NCBI GenBank assembly: GCA_016926475.1
Contig: JAFGON010000023.1
Coordinates: 559-64,558 of the forward strand
DNA: 64,000 bases
Origin: a candidate division WOR-3 bacterium
GTDB lineage: Bacteria > SDB-A
Direction of reading: 5' to 3'
The notes under the pieces were generated by a model. It was not told the origin of the DNA and did no database searches. It worked only from the letters and a program-made list of their open reading frames with translations. Positions 54,731-64,000 of this stretch are shown here, piece after piece (within the stretch, counting starts at the first letter, position 1; each line of letters begins with the position of its first letter). The translations under genes were made by a program, and so were the position numbers.

Positions 54731-55927
54731 CTACATTGTGATTTTGTCGATTATTTTTTCTTTTATTTCTTCAAATGCCATAAATTTTGAAAACTCTTCT
54801 CTGTTTTTGTAAATTTCGGCAAAAGGATAAATTCTTCTTTTAAATAAGGAAATCACCCTGGAGACATAGGCAATAAAAACGTCAGGAAAAGGGGCTTCAA
54901 TTTTCTCCATCTCGATTATGTGCTTTGGGGTTGGAAACAGACTAAAATAAAGAGAGACAAGGTTTCTCAAGAAACCGGATTTTTTTTTGAATCTGCTGAA
55001 AGATGTGTGTACCGTCTGCTGTTTTTTAAGAGAAAAAATCAACGCGTCTTCGAGAGTATTTTCATCAATAGACGCCTTTTGTACAATTTCTGATAACTCT
55101 TCGGGAAGTTCGACTCCAAATAACGCATTGACAGCTTTTGCAACAAGTCCAACTGCCTTTATGGCTTTTGTTTCATGCGCTATTTCTGAAAACTTTTGCC
55201 ACTGGATTTCTTCTTTTTTTAAAAAAAGACCAATATCCAAAAAATGCAGAAGCTTGACTTGGAAAACATGAAGGAAAGCAATATGAAGACACAAATACAG
55301 CAGTAAATGTTCTTTCGACAAAACCTTGCATTTTACGTTTCCGATTTGAACATTTGTTGCGTCTGCCCAGACCTCTTCCATATCCAGCAAAAATGGATTA
55401 TCAGGAGGCAAAAGGTTCCAATGAACTTCGATTTTCAATGGTTTCACGCCGCTGTAGATCTTTTCTGATACAGTATATCCATAGTGATAATGGTACTTTT
55501 CAATCCAGGTAATGTTCCAATTTTCTGGAACCGAGATTTTCTTCATGCTTTTATGAGCCTTTTCAACATGGGCTTTTTTGACCAATATGTCCAAATCTGA
55601 CATGGGCCTCTGTTTGAAAGAGCGGTATATCTCCTGGGCAACATGCGGGCCTTTCAAAACAATGAGGTCTATTCCATCTACGGAAAAAAGTTTTTCAACC
55701 TTTTCCAAAATCGCCAAATAAGCCAGCGAATCCCTCCACGCAGGTGCGTAGCCAGAGGAAAGCGATTCAAAGATTTGGGGGGGGACATCCGCTTTTTCTG
55801 ATTTTAAAACTTCCGAAAGGTACCCCGAAAGAGAGTGGTATTGTGCCTCTTTGGCAACTCTTTTCCACCCCTTTTCATCAATACCAGACGGAAATTTTTT
55901 TTCCTTTGCAAGTGAAAGGATATCCAA
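54731..55927 (-). CDS. uncharacterised nucleotidyltransferase (NTP_transf_5/PF14907-like)
   Basis: GIDLIVLKGPHVAQ…RPMSDLDILV gives the nucleotidyltransferase-fold GS/DxD pattern. 398 aa. Confidence 0.45.
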   Translation of the reverse strand: MDILSLAKEKKFPSGIDEKGWKRVAKEAQYHSLSGYLSEVLKSEKADVPPQIFESLSSGYAPAWRDSLAYLAILEKVEKLFSVDGIDLIVLKGPHVAQEIYRSFKQRPMSDLDILVKKAHVEKAHKSMKKISVPENWNITWIEKYHYHYGYTVSEKIYSGVKPLKIEVHWNLLPPDNPFLLDMEEVWADATNVQIGNVKCKVLSKEHLLLYLCLHIAFLHVFQVKLLHFLDIGLFLKKEEIQWQKFSEIAHETKAIKAVGLVAKAVNALFGVELPEELSEIVQKASIDENTLEDALIFSLKKQQTVHTSFSRFKKKSGFLRNLVSLYFSLFPTPKHIIEMEKIEAPFPDVFIAYVSRVISLFKRRIYPFAEIYKNREEFSKFMAFEEIKEKIIDKITM

Positions 55928-55949
55928 AAACAGGTCTATTGTCTTTCTT

Positions 55950-57743
55950 TTATTTTGCCTGTTCTTGCAGACTTTTTGCGTAAAGCTCGGCGTAAAACCC
56001 TTCTCTTTTTATAAGGTTTTCATGAGAATCCATCTCAACAACAGTGCCTTTGTCGAGAACGTATATGATGTCGGCATGCTTGACGTTTGAAAACTTATGG
56101 CTGATCAGCGCGACTACAGCTTTTTTTGATAGGGCTTTGACCTTTTGTAAAAACAGACGTTCCGTCTCCGGGTCGAGATGGGAAGTCGGCTCGTCAAAAA
56201 TATAGACAGGCGCCCTTTTAAAAAGGCACCTGGCCAAAGCCAGCTTCTGCCATTCGCCAAAACTCAGCTCTTCTCCTCCCTTGAACCATTTCCCCAGCTT
56301 TGTGTTTATGCCTTCGGTCAACTTATCCAAAATATTAACAGCTCCCGCGTCTCTTAGAGACTCTACCACAGACTCGTTTTCCATTAACCTTTCAACGTCT
56401 CCTATGCTTACGTTTTCAGCAAGGGTGAGCTGGTATTTCTGGAAGTCTTGAAACACCAAAGAGACCGAATCGTACCACTTCATGGGTTCAATTCTCTTCA
56501 AATCAATACTGTCGACAAATACGCTGCCCCCGTCCGGGTCGTATAGACGGCACAATATTTTCGCGATTGTCGATTTTCCGGATCCGTTGCTCCCGACAAT
56601 AGCCGTAAATCTGCCCTTTTCAAGCGTCAAGTTCAGGTCATCGAGAGCTTTCAGTTTCGAACCGGGATAGGAAAACACTACTTTTCTTAGAGAGATCTTT
56701 TCAACATTTTCAAATTTCGATTCAACACCAGGGGGCGACGTAATAATTTTTGTTTTTAAACCCAAAAATTCAGCGAAATAAGACAGGAAAAGGCTGTTTT
56801 CATAAAGTCCGACAAACCCTCCAAGCAACCCCTTGAGACTCCCTTGCCCTCTTTGGAAAGCCTGTAAAAACATGACCAGGTTTCCGAGAGAGATCTCCCC
56901 TCTATAGGTTTTAAAAGTCATAAAAACCATGAGCAAAGCTAGGATGGAAGACGAAAATACTTGTGAAGAAAAATCCGCGGCGGATTTTTTTATCTTAATT
57001 GATATTAGTTTTCTTCTGATAGTGTTTCTAATGCTTTGAAATCTATCTCTGAACAACTGGAATGTGCTGAAAATCTTCACTTCTTTCGAGGAACTTTCCG
57101 AAGTCAAAAGATAATTGTAATACCAAGTCTCTCTTTCTTTTTCTGTTATTCTTTTCTGCCACGAGTATATTTTTTTAACGAAATAAAGCTGGACAAAAGT
57201 ACCGGGAATTACGGCGGCAAAAAGAATCAATCCTACTAAACTGTTTACGGAAAATATCAGCACCGCTACCCCTGAAAACGTTAAGAGGTTTTGGAAAATC
57301 GAAAAAAACTGGTTGAGGGTGTTGACTGGTCTGTAGGGGGATTCTCTTTGAGCCCTGTGTAGGGTGTCGTAATAAACAGGATTGTCGTAGTATGCTATGT
57401 CGATTTCAGAGGATTTTTTATGCATAATTTCATAGACTTTGTCGGATGTTTTAAGCGAAAAGTATTCCGAGACAATATCGTTCAAGGAATCCGCTAAAAA
57501 ACTGACGAAGTAGGCGGCTCCCGCCGCGGCGATCAGAGCAATAGACTTTAACATTCCTTGTTCTGGATTAGTCGAAGAAAGACTTGTAGCAACTGAATCT
57601 ACAAAAAGTTTCACGATATACAAAAGCAAAACTGGTATCGCGGAGCGTATCACAGTCAGAATAATTCTGGCGAAAAAAAGTTTTTTTGAAGCGTAAAAAA
57701 CGACCGCTATAGCGTTTTTAAGTCTAGAAAAACTATTTTTCAA
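55950..57743 (-). CDS. ABC exporter, fused 6-TM permease + ATPase (bacteriocin/peptide-exporter-like, no peptidase domain)
   Basis: Walker A GSNGSGKST. Signature LSFGEWQ. Walker B IYIFDEPTSHLD. N-terminal TMD. Confidence 0.7.
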   Translation of the reverse strand: MKNSFSRLKNAIAVVFYASKKLFFARIILTVIRSAIPVLLLYIVKLFVDSVATSLSSTNPEQGMLKSIALIAAAGAAYFVSFLADSLNDIVSEYFSLKTSDKVYEIMHKKSSEIDIAYYDNPVYYDTLHRAQRESPYRPVNTLNQFFSIFQNLLTFSGVAVLIFSVNSLVGLILFAAVIPGTFVQLYFVKKIYSWQKRITEKERETWYYNYLLTSESSSKEVKIFSTFQLFRDRFQSIRNTIRRKLISIKIKKSAADFSSQVFSSSILALLMVFMTFKTYRGEISLGNLVMFLQAFQRGQGSLKGLLGGFVGLYENSLFLSYFAEFLGLKTKIITSPPGVESKFENVEKISLRKVVFSYPGSKLKALDDLNLTLEKGRFTAIVGSNGSGKSTIAKILCRLYDPDGGSVFVDSIDLKRIEPMKWYDSVSLVFQDFQKYQLTLAENVSIGDVERLMENESVVESLRDAGAVNILDKLTEGINTKLGKWFKGGEELSFGEWQKLALARCLFKRAPVYIFDEPTSHLDPETERLFLQKVKALSKKAVVALISHKFSNVKHADIIYVLDKGTVVEMDSHENLIKREGFYAELYAKSLQEQAK

Positions 57744-58534
57744 AAATCGCTCTCTCTGTAACTCGAACCCCCCAAAGCTTCCCTTTCAAACCACTCTCCG
57801 TCATATAATTTCATCAGTTTTGTCAATCCCTCCCAGAGATACACGTCTGTTCCGTCCAAGTTACGCCTTAACCAAAAACCTATTGCCATGCCAACTGTCC
57901 ACTCGCTATAACCGTCTCTTACCTGGTATTCTTCGAGAACGCCTTTATACCTGTCTTCGAGAAACAAAAGAGCGTCAACGCGTCCTAAAACGACTTTTTC
58001 GCGATAAAGTTCAGCTTCTTGTTCGACATTCCTCTCTCTTTCGAGGTACAAAAAGGATTCTGTCATCATCCTGAAAAACCTTTGGAAAACCCTGTGGTAG
58101 ACCTCTCTGTAAGTTTGGTCTAAAAACTCGTCTTCCGGAAGAGGGATCAAATTTTGATAGCCCCAGATTATGATTTCCGGGTTGTAATAACCGAAATCTT
58201 CACTTTTTAAAAGTATTTGTATGCCTGAAATCCTTTCTATTGCACCGATATCCTGATAATGTTTCAGCGTGTACCCGTCCTCCAGTAAAAAAGTAAAGGC
58301 CTCAGCGAGAGATCCGTAATAAAGAATCCCGTTTACTCCGGCGAGAAACATTTGATTTTTATCGCAACCATCAAACATATATTCATACGGCCATGAAAAC
58401 CATTCTTCGTACAACAATTCTAAATTTTCTCTTGAAAGTGAGTTTCCCAGACAGGTAACGGTTGCATTGTCTTTGACGAGCAAACCGCAGGAAAGGATTG
58501 ACAGCGAGACAACCAAAAACACCGACCTTTTCAA
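57740..58534 (-). CDS. lipoprotein of unknown function; its stop overlaps the ABC exporter start by 4 nt
   Basis: Lipobox SILSC. No recognisable domain. Confidence 0.45.
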   Translation of the reverse strand: MKRSVFLVVSLSILSCGLLVKDNATVTCLGNSLSRENLELLYEEWFSWPYEYMFDGCDKNQMFLAGVNGILYYGSLAEAFTFLLEDGYTLKHYQDIGAIERISGIQILLKSEDFGYYNPEIIIWGYQNLIPLPEDEFLDQTYREVYHRVFQRFFRMMTESFLYLERERNVEQEAELYREKVVLGRVDALLFLEDRYKGVLEEYQVRDGYSEWTVGMAIGFWLRRNLDGTDVYLWEGLTKLMKLYDGEWFEREALGGSSYRESDF

Positions 58535-58603
58535 TTTGCCTCCTTTTGTGGACTTGAATGATTATTTTGTATATCATTATTCCAACAATGGCAAGGAGAG
58601 ACG

Positions 58604-59248
58604 ATGAAAAAAGAGATGTTTTTATTGGCTTTGGTTTGTTTTTTTTTCAACGGATGCACCAAAAATACAGACGAGATTGTCACGGCTGCAAAACAAAAAC
58701 CATCCGACAACTACACGTGCTTTGTTCTTTCTTTACCCGACAGCTGCAACTGTCTTAAAAACGGAAAATATATCATGCCCTTGGATCATTCGGAAGTGAC
58801 GGAAGGAGCTTACTCCAGTTTATCTCTTAATTTCAATTCTGTTTTGGAATCAGATCAAACGGTTTATTTCGATTTAATGCTTCCAGCCACCGAGAAATTT
58901 TCTGTTTTTGTCGGAATGTGCACTCCCCTGGGGTGTATCCTGGACTGTGAAAAGCCAGAAAGTTCGTTTTCAATCTCTGAAGACGAATACACGAACCTGA
59001 AAACTTTATACGGCGATCCATTATCTCCTTCTATGACAGTCACCATCGTTAAAGGAGTGGATACGTTGGAAAAGGTTGTTTTCGACAAATTCAGAATTGC
59101 AATAGACTCCTTCTCCGTCGAAAGCACGCTGGTAACTCTCCGTTCCAGCCATGTCGAGCTTTCAAGCTCTTCGGACCCGGAATTGCGTTTGGAGGGCGAG
59201 ATCTACATCTCCGGACAGGAACCCGCACAGACAATGGTAGAGCAGTGA
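58604..59248 (+). CDS. lipoprotein of unknown function
   Basis: MKKEMFLLALVCFFFNGC lipobox. RBS AAGGAGAG. Confidence 0.5.
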   Translation: MKKEMFLLALVCFFFNGCTKNTDEIVTAAKQKPSDNYTCFVLSLPDSCNCLKNGKYIMPLDHSEVTEGAYSSLSLNFNSVLESDQTVYFDLMLPATEKFSVFVGMCTPLGCILDCEKPESSFSISEDEYTNLKTLYGDPLSPSMTVTIVKGVDTLEKVVFDKFRIAIDSFSVESTLVTLRSSHVELSSSSDPELRLEGEIYISGQEPAQTMVEQ

Positions 59249-59631
59249 ACATGCGGTTAATGCGTTTTCTGCTTCTGCTTTTGACTTTTAGCTGTTCGGT
59301 AAAAAACAGCACGGTCTTTGACCAGTCTTTTAACCGAGACACTGTTTCCCTGTGTTTCAGACAAAAATTTTCTATCGTTCTTCCATCAAACCCTACAACG
59401 GGATACAAATGGGGGATAGACTCCTCAAAAAGCGGATTTTTTTCACTGGAAAGCGCACTCTTCGTGCAGAATAACAGTGGTGTTCTAGGTTCAGGGGGCA
59501 GAGAAATTTTCTTTTTCCAGGCGCCGGAAGAAAATTTATCCAGGCTATCAATGGTTTACAAGCGCGACTGGGAGGAAAAACCGGGGATTGACTCTTTTGT
59601 GCTTTTCTTTAAACTGCAAACGGTTTTTTAG
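59245..59631 (+). CDS. chagasin-family (MEROPS I42) cysteine-peptidase inhibitor, secreted/lipoprotein
   Basis: Signal peptide plus the hallmark L2 motif NPTTGYKW. VLGSGG (L4-like) and RDW (L6-like) motifs at chagasin-like spacing. Confidence 0.55.
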   Translation: MNMRLMRFLLLLLTFSCSVKNSTVFDQSFNRDTVSLCFRQKFSIVLPSNPTTGYKWGIDSSKSGFFSLESALFVQNNSGVLGSGGREIFFFQAPEENLSRLSMVYKRDWEEKPGIDSFVLFFKLQTVF

Positions 59632-59637
59632 AGAAAA

Positions 59638-60285
59638 TCAAAGGTTGTGCTTGATAATTTTCCCCTGAAAAATGAAAACCACTTCTTCGGAAATGTTTGT
59701 TGAGAGGTCGGCTATTCTTTCGAGATCGTGCGTTATGTTAATCATTTTCAGGGCTCTTTCTATGCTCGCTGGATCCGACAGCATTATATCTATTAGTTCT
59801 TTAATTATTTTATCTTTTCTATCGTCAACTTCGTCGTCTTTCGCGCAGACCTCCCTCGCGAGAGAGATGTCTTCTCTTATAAAGGCTTTGATGCTGTTTT
59901 TGAACATGAAAAGGACGTCTTCTTTCATCTTTTCCAAATCGTCGTAGTCTTTTAGCTTTGGTTTATCCACCAAAAAAAGCGCGTGCTGGGCAATGTTGAC
60001 AGCGTGATCCCCTATTCTCTCGAGATCGCTGTTCATTTCCATTATCATCAAAACTTTTCTCAGGTCAGATGCTTTTGGGCTGAACTGGGCTATTGTTTGA
60101 GCGCCAAACTCTTCGATTTCTACGTCTTTGAGATTCGCTTGTTTCTCGAGGTTTTCTATGACTTCTTTCAAAATCGCGGTGTTGATGCTCGTGAGACCAG
60201 AAAAGCTCTTCACTATCATCAGTTCTATTAGAGAAGAAAACGAAATAATTTTCTCGTGAAGCGTTTCAATTTTTTCATGTAACAT
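59638..60285 (-). CDS. phoU: phosphate-transport system regulatory protein PhoU
   Basis: Two PhoU repeats. Follows pstB. Confidence 0.75.
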   Translation of the reverse strand: MLHEKIETLHEKIISFSSLIELMIVKSFSGLTSINTAILKEVIENLEKQANLKDVEIEEFGAQTIAQFSPKASDLRKVLMIMEMNSDLERIGDHAVNIAQHALFLVDKPKLKDYDDLEKMKEDVLFMFKNSIKAFIREDISLAREVCAKDDEVDDRKDKIIKELIDIMLSDPASIERALKMINITHDLERIADLSTNISEEVVFIFQGKIIKHNL

Positions 60286-60294
60286 TTAATCTCC

Positions 60295-61053
60295 TCAACT
60301 GAATTTCCCCGTCAAATATTCTTCCGTTATTTTATTGTCGGGAGAAGTGAACATTTTCTCTGTGTTTCCGAATTCAACCAATTCTCCCACGTAGAAAAAA
60401 GCAGTGTAGTCTGAAACCCTCGCCGCTTGAGACATGTTATGGGTGACAAGTATAAGAGTGACATATTCTTTCAATTCTACTATGAGTTCTTCAATTTTTG
60501 AAGTCGCTTTTGGATCCAGGGCGGACGTCGGCTCGTCCAGCAATAATATTTCGGGTTTCAGCGCCAAAGATCTCGCTATACATAGCCTTTGCTGTTGACC
60601 TCCAGAGAGAAAAGTCCCCCTTTTGTGGAATTTATCCTTTACTTCGTCCCAAAGAGCCGCCTTTCTCAGAGAATCTTCTACTATCGAATCTCTGTCGGAT
60701 CTTGAAAGTTTTATTCCTCCCAGTTTATACCCGGCAATGACATTGTCATATATATTCATTGTGGGAAAGGGGTTGGGTTTTTGAAAGACCATTCCGATTT
60801 TTCTGCGAAGCCCTATCGGGTCCAGAGAGTGGATTTCCTGTCCTCTCAAAAATATCTCACCCTCCCATCTTATCTCCCTGTCCAGCTCATGCATTCTGTT
60901 TATAGCCCTTAAAAACGTGGTTTTGCCGCATCCCGAAGGACCCATGATCGCAGTCACTTTATTCGGGGGTATTTCGACATTGATTTTGTTTAGAGCTTTT
61001 GCTTCTCCGTAGTAAAGCGAAAAGTCAACGCTTTTTAAAACTGAACTTTCCAT
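60295..61053 (-). CDS. pstB: phosphate ABC transporter ATP-binding protein (start at the ATG overlapping the pstA 3' end)
   Basis: GPSGCGKTT and [16 protein letters not shown] motifs. [21 protein letters not shown] is the PstB-like N-terminus. Confidence 0.8.
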   Translation of the reverse strand: MESSVLKSVDFSLYYGEAKALNKINVEIPPNKVTAIMGPSGCGKTTFLRAINRMHELDREIRWEGEIFLRGQEIHSLDPIGLRRKIGMVFQKPNPFPTMNIYDNVIAGYKLGGIKLSRSDRDSIVEDSLRKAALWDEVKDKFHKRGTFLSGGQQQRLCIARSLALKPEILLLDEPTSALDPKATSKIEELIVELKEYVTLILVTHNMSQAARVSDYTAFFYVGELVEFGNTEKMFTSPDNKITEEYLTGKFS

Positions 61054-61886
61054 TTTTTCGATATTCCTGTCGCGATAAAGTTGACCAGCAATACAAACAC
61101 AATTAAAAACAAAGAAGCTCCCCACGCTATATCATGCCAATCTTTGTACGGACTTGTCGCGTACCTGTATATCAGCAACGGAAGAGCGTTCACCGGTTTA
61201 AAAATATTGTAGTTCATGAATTGGTTGCCAAAAGCCGTGAAAAGAAGAGGGGCTGTCTCCCCTGCTATTCTCGACACACCCAAGAGAATTCCCGTCATTA
61301 TGCCGCTGAGGCTTATTGGCAGAACAACTCCGAGAATGGTCCTGTAATAAGGGACCCCAAGAGACATGGAAGCTTCTTTTAACGTAGGATTGACCATTCC
61401 GACGGTTTCTTCAGTTGCTTTGATGACCAGGGGCAGCATCATAATGGAAAGGGCAACCGACCCCGCAAAAGCGGAAAACATGCCTTTGAGCGGTTTGACT
61501 ACCCAGATGTAGGCGATTATACCCATTATTATCGATGGAACTCCTTGAAGGACTTCAACCCAGGACCTGATCCAGAAAGCCAGATGTTTTCCCTTGTTTT
61601 CAGCGAGAAATACACCGCACAAAATTCCCACGGGGACCGATAGGATCAAAGTCAGCCCAATCAAAAGCAGAGTCCCGATTATGGCGTTAGAAATACCTCC
61701 CCCTTCTTGTCCCACCGGAGCCGGAAGAGAAAGTAAAAAATCGATATTGATTACCGACAATCCTTTTTTGACGACGAAAAATATTATCAGTAAAAGAGGA
61801 ACTACCGTAGCCAGAGAAAACACTATTACGCTTGTCTTGAAAAAAATGTTTTCAGCTTTTCTGAATGAAAAGGATTTTTGCTTCAT
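61035..61886 (-). CDS. pstA: phosphate ABC transporter permease PstA
   Basis: 6 TM segments with the EAA-like loop. Position in the operon. Confidence 0.75.
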   Translation of the reverse strand: MKQKSFSFRKAENIFFKTSVIVFSLATVVPLLLIIFFVVKKGLSVINIDFLLSLPAPVGQEGGGISNAIIGTLLLIGLTLILSVPVGILCGVFLAENKGKHLAFWIRSWVEVLQGVPSIIMGIIAYIWVVKPLKGMFSAFAGSVALSIMMLPLVIKATEETVGMVNPTLKEASMSLGVPYYRTILGVVLPISLSGIMTGILLGVSRIAGETAPLLFTAFGNQFMNYNIFKPVNALPLLIYRYATSPYKDWHDIAWGASLFLIVFVLLVNFIATGISKKWKVQF

Positions 61887-62800
61887 CTGGAATTCGACCT
61901 GTCTGTTTTTTTAATTATGAATCTCCCCGCAAAATTAATAATTGTGGTGAGCAGAATAAGCAAAAGCCCCATCTCGATTAGCGCGGATTGATGTATGCCG
62001 CTTGACTCGTTGAATTCAAGGGCAATAATGCTCGACATTGTATTTCCAGGTGAAAACAATGTTTTATGTATTTGAAAAATTGACCCGAGAGTTTTAGGAA
62101 GAGAATTCAGGTTTCCGATGACAAGCGTAACCGCCATGGTCTCTCCCAGCGCTCTTCCGAGAGCGAGCAGCAGCCCCGCGACAATTCCGGATCTAGCGTA
62201 GGGAAAAACAATATTCTTAATAACTTCAAATCGAGTCGCTCCGAGAGAATAACCAGCTTCCTTTAATTCCTTAGGAACCAGGTGCAGTATTTCCCTTATC
62301 AACGAAGCAGAGTAGGGAATAATCATTATCGCCAAGACCAAAGACGCGGCCATTATGCCCACTCCATAAGGGGGTATTCCAATCTTCAATTCAATGTTTC
62401 TTATGATTGGGACTATCAGGTTAAAACCCCAAAACCCGTATATGACTGATGGAATGCCAGAAAGCAGTTCAACTGTGCTTTTTAAAAAAGCCGGAATAAA
62501 ACCGTTTCTGTAGTATTCCCCCAGCAAAAGCGCGGTTGAAAACGAGAAAGGAATTGACAATGCCAAAGACAAAAAAGAAGTCACGATCGTGCCAAATAAA
62601 AATGGAATCGCGCCAAGCTCAATTGCACTGCCGTTCCAAACTGTTTGAGGGTTCCAGTTTGATCTCGTCAAAAAGGAAAATCCCAGAGACTTGATTGAGG
62701 GAAAAGCGCCGATAGACAAAGTCAGGAAAATTCCGCCAATAAGAAAAAAAATCAGCAGTCCTGAAACAAAGAGAATGCCCCTGAAAATTTTATCGTTCAT
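61883..62800 (-). CDS. pstC: phosphate ABC transporter permease PstC
   Basis: Permease topology. 4-nt overlap with pstA. Confidence 0.75.
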   Translation of the reverse strand: MNDKIFRGILFVSGLLIFFLIGGIFLTLSIGAFPSIKSLGFSFLTRSNWNPQTVWNGSAIELGAIPFLFGTIVTSFLSLALSIPFSFSTALLLGEYYRNGFIPAFLKSTVELLSGIPSVIYGFWGFNLIVPIIRNIELKIGIPPYGVGIMAASLVLAIMIIPYSASLIREILHLVPKELKEAGYSLGATRFEVIKNIVFPYARSGIVAGLLLALGRALGETMAVTLVIGNLNSLPKTLGSIFQIHKTLFSPGNTMSSIIALEFNESSGIHQSALIEMGLLLILLTTIINFAGRFIIKKTDRSNSR

Positions 62801-62837
62801 TTTTTAGTCAAGTCTCCGGGGTTTTCCCTTAATACAG

Positions 62838-63920
62838 TTACATCAAGGGTTTTCCGCCGTAATTGATGGATTTAATTAGTGTCTCAATGTCCCCTATGGC
62901 GTCTTGCGGCAGTGGAGCGTAATGAAGCTCTTCACAGTAAACCTGTCCTTCGTGGGTCATCCACCATATCAAATTCACAATCTCTTTAGCCAATTCTTCG
63001 CTTCTTCCGCCGTAATTCTGGTCTTTGTAGAGAATGAGCCATGTTAAACCGCTGATTGGGTATCCTTCCGGTGCATCAGTGTCGGTCAGGGAAACTATCA
63101 TGTCAGCCGGTAAATCTATCGCGGCGGCGGAACTGACGGAGGCGATTGAAGGCGTAATGAAATTTCCGCTTTTGTTCCTGACAGATGCGACTGGCATAGA
63201 ATTGCTCAGAGCGTATATCAACTCTGTGTAACCGACGGCTCCCGGGGTAGAACTTATCTGTCCTGCGACGCCAGGGTTCCCGTTCGCGCCGATTCCTACA
63301 GGCCATTCCAGGGATTTTCCTGCCCCCACTTTATCCGCCCACTCAGGGCTGACTTTTGTCAAGTAATCACTGAAAATATGTGTCGTTCCGCTTCCATCTG
63401 ATCTATGGACGACGATTATTTCCATATCAGGCAGAGATATTTCCGGATTTATTTCGGTGATTTTCGGGTCGTTCCACTTTACAATATTTCCGAGAAATAT
63501 ATCCGCTATAACTTGGTCAGTCAGTTTCAACGGAGGATTGTCCGGAAGGTTGTAAGAGACAACTACCGCTCCGAGCACCGTGGGAATATGTACGATTTCT
63601 GCGCCTGCCTTTTCAAAATCATCCGCTTTCATCGGCGCATCTGTTCCGCCGAAATCCACGGTCTTTTCTATTAGCTGGTTTATTCCGCCTCCAGAACCGA
63701 TCGCGTTGTAGTTTACTTTAGGCCCTCTAATTTTCGCGTATTCATCAAACATTTTTGAATAAAGAGGGAAAGGGAAAGTAGCCCCTGCCGCCATGATGTC
63801 CATCTCGACAAGCTCAACTTGGGAAGAATCGTCTGTGGTCTGCTGCTGGGGTTTTTGGCTGCAGCCGATCAAAAGCGCCGCGAAAATCATGACAATGGCA
63901 AGAATTTTCTTGTTTTTCAT
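62838..63920 (-). CDS. pstS: phosphate-binding periplasmic lipoprotein PstS
   Basis: Lipobox LLIGC. PBP superfamily motifs (GSGGGINQ, TDAPM). Confidence 0.75.
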   Translation of the reverse strand: MKNKKILAIVMIFAALLIGCSQKPQQQTTDDSSQVELVEMDIMAAGATFPFPLYSKMFDEYAKIRGPKVNYNAIGSGGGINQLIEKTVDFGGTDAPMKADDFEKAGAEIVHIPTVLGAVVVSYNLPDNPPLKLTDQVIADIFLGNIVKWNDPKITEINPEISLPDMEIIVVHRSDGSGTTHIFSDYLTKVSPEWADKVGAGKSLEWPVGIGANGNPGVAGQISSTPGAVGYTELIYALSNSMPVASVRNKSGNFITPSIASVSSAAAIDLPADMIVSLTDTDAPEGYPISGLTWLILYKDQNYGGRSEELAKEIVNLIWWMTHEGQVYCEELHYAPLPQDAIGDIETLIKSINYGGKPLM

Positions 63921-64000
63921 ACTTTTTCTCCTTATTAAAAAAGTTTAAGGGGGAAGATTCCCTCCCCCTGTTTCCAGACCTGTGCTTTAAACCTCTTTAT

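Noticed and set aside
1-64000. CRISPR arrays, tRNA/rRNA genes, transposases/integrases, retron/DGR reverse transcriptases
   Set aside because: No CRISPR-like regularly spaced short repeats were found. No intergenic segment has tRNA-like or rRNA-like character. No RT, transposase or integrase-like ORF is present. The only repeats found are the 66-bp pair and intragenic domain repeats.

Overview
The window is a 64-kb bacterial chromosomal segment at roughly 45% GC. It is dense in secreted proteins that carry type IX secretion system (T9SS) C-terminal sorting domains, so the source is most likely an anaerobe of the FCB group or a candidate phylum; the specific lineage is not determinable from the sequence alone.

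**Housekeeping operons**
- yceD-rpmF-plsX-fabD-fabG-acpP-fabF on the minus strand, with no fabH.
- A ferredoxin-fused etfA/etfB pair.
- gmhA.
- nifS-nifU.
- pstSCAB-phoU.
- A tetR-tolC-MFP-RND efflux operon.
- arcC followed by a P-loop protein.

**Accessory content**
- A type IV pilus minor-pilin/tip operon (FimU/GspH-like, PilV-like, PilW-like, PilX-like, a hypothetical, and a PilY1-like vWA adhesin). Its last gene is a 1680-aa T9SS-CTD giant adhesin whose RBS lies inside the PilY1 stop region. Two copies of a 14-bp perfect palindrome sit in its promoter.
- An M6 (InhA-like) metalloprotease with a T9SS CTD, immediately followed by a PorV/PorQ-like outer-membrane barrel, a zinc-ribbon protein and a beta-propeller lipoprotein.
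- A BNR/sialidase-like T9SS cargo protein.
- A C25 (gingipain-like) peptidase T9SS cargo protein.
- A five-gene operon joining a lipoprotein, an ABC exporter, an NTP_transf_5 nucleotidyltransferase and umuD-umuC.
- A chagasin-family (I42) protease-inhibitor lipoprotein.
- An XPB/ERCC3-like helicase.
- A hybrid sensor kinase.
- A short transcription unit with two tiny ORFs that has its own sigma70 promoter and intrinsic terminator.

A 66-bp direct repeat (about 93% identical) brackets the B12-binding radical-SAM gene. No rRNA, tRNA, CRISPR array, transposase or integrase was recognised.
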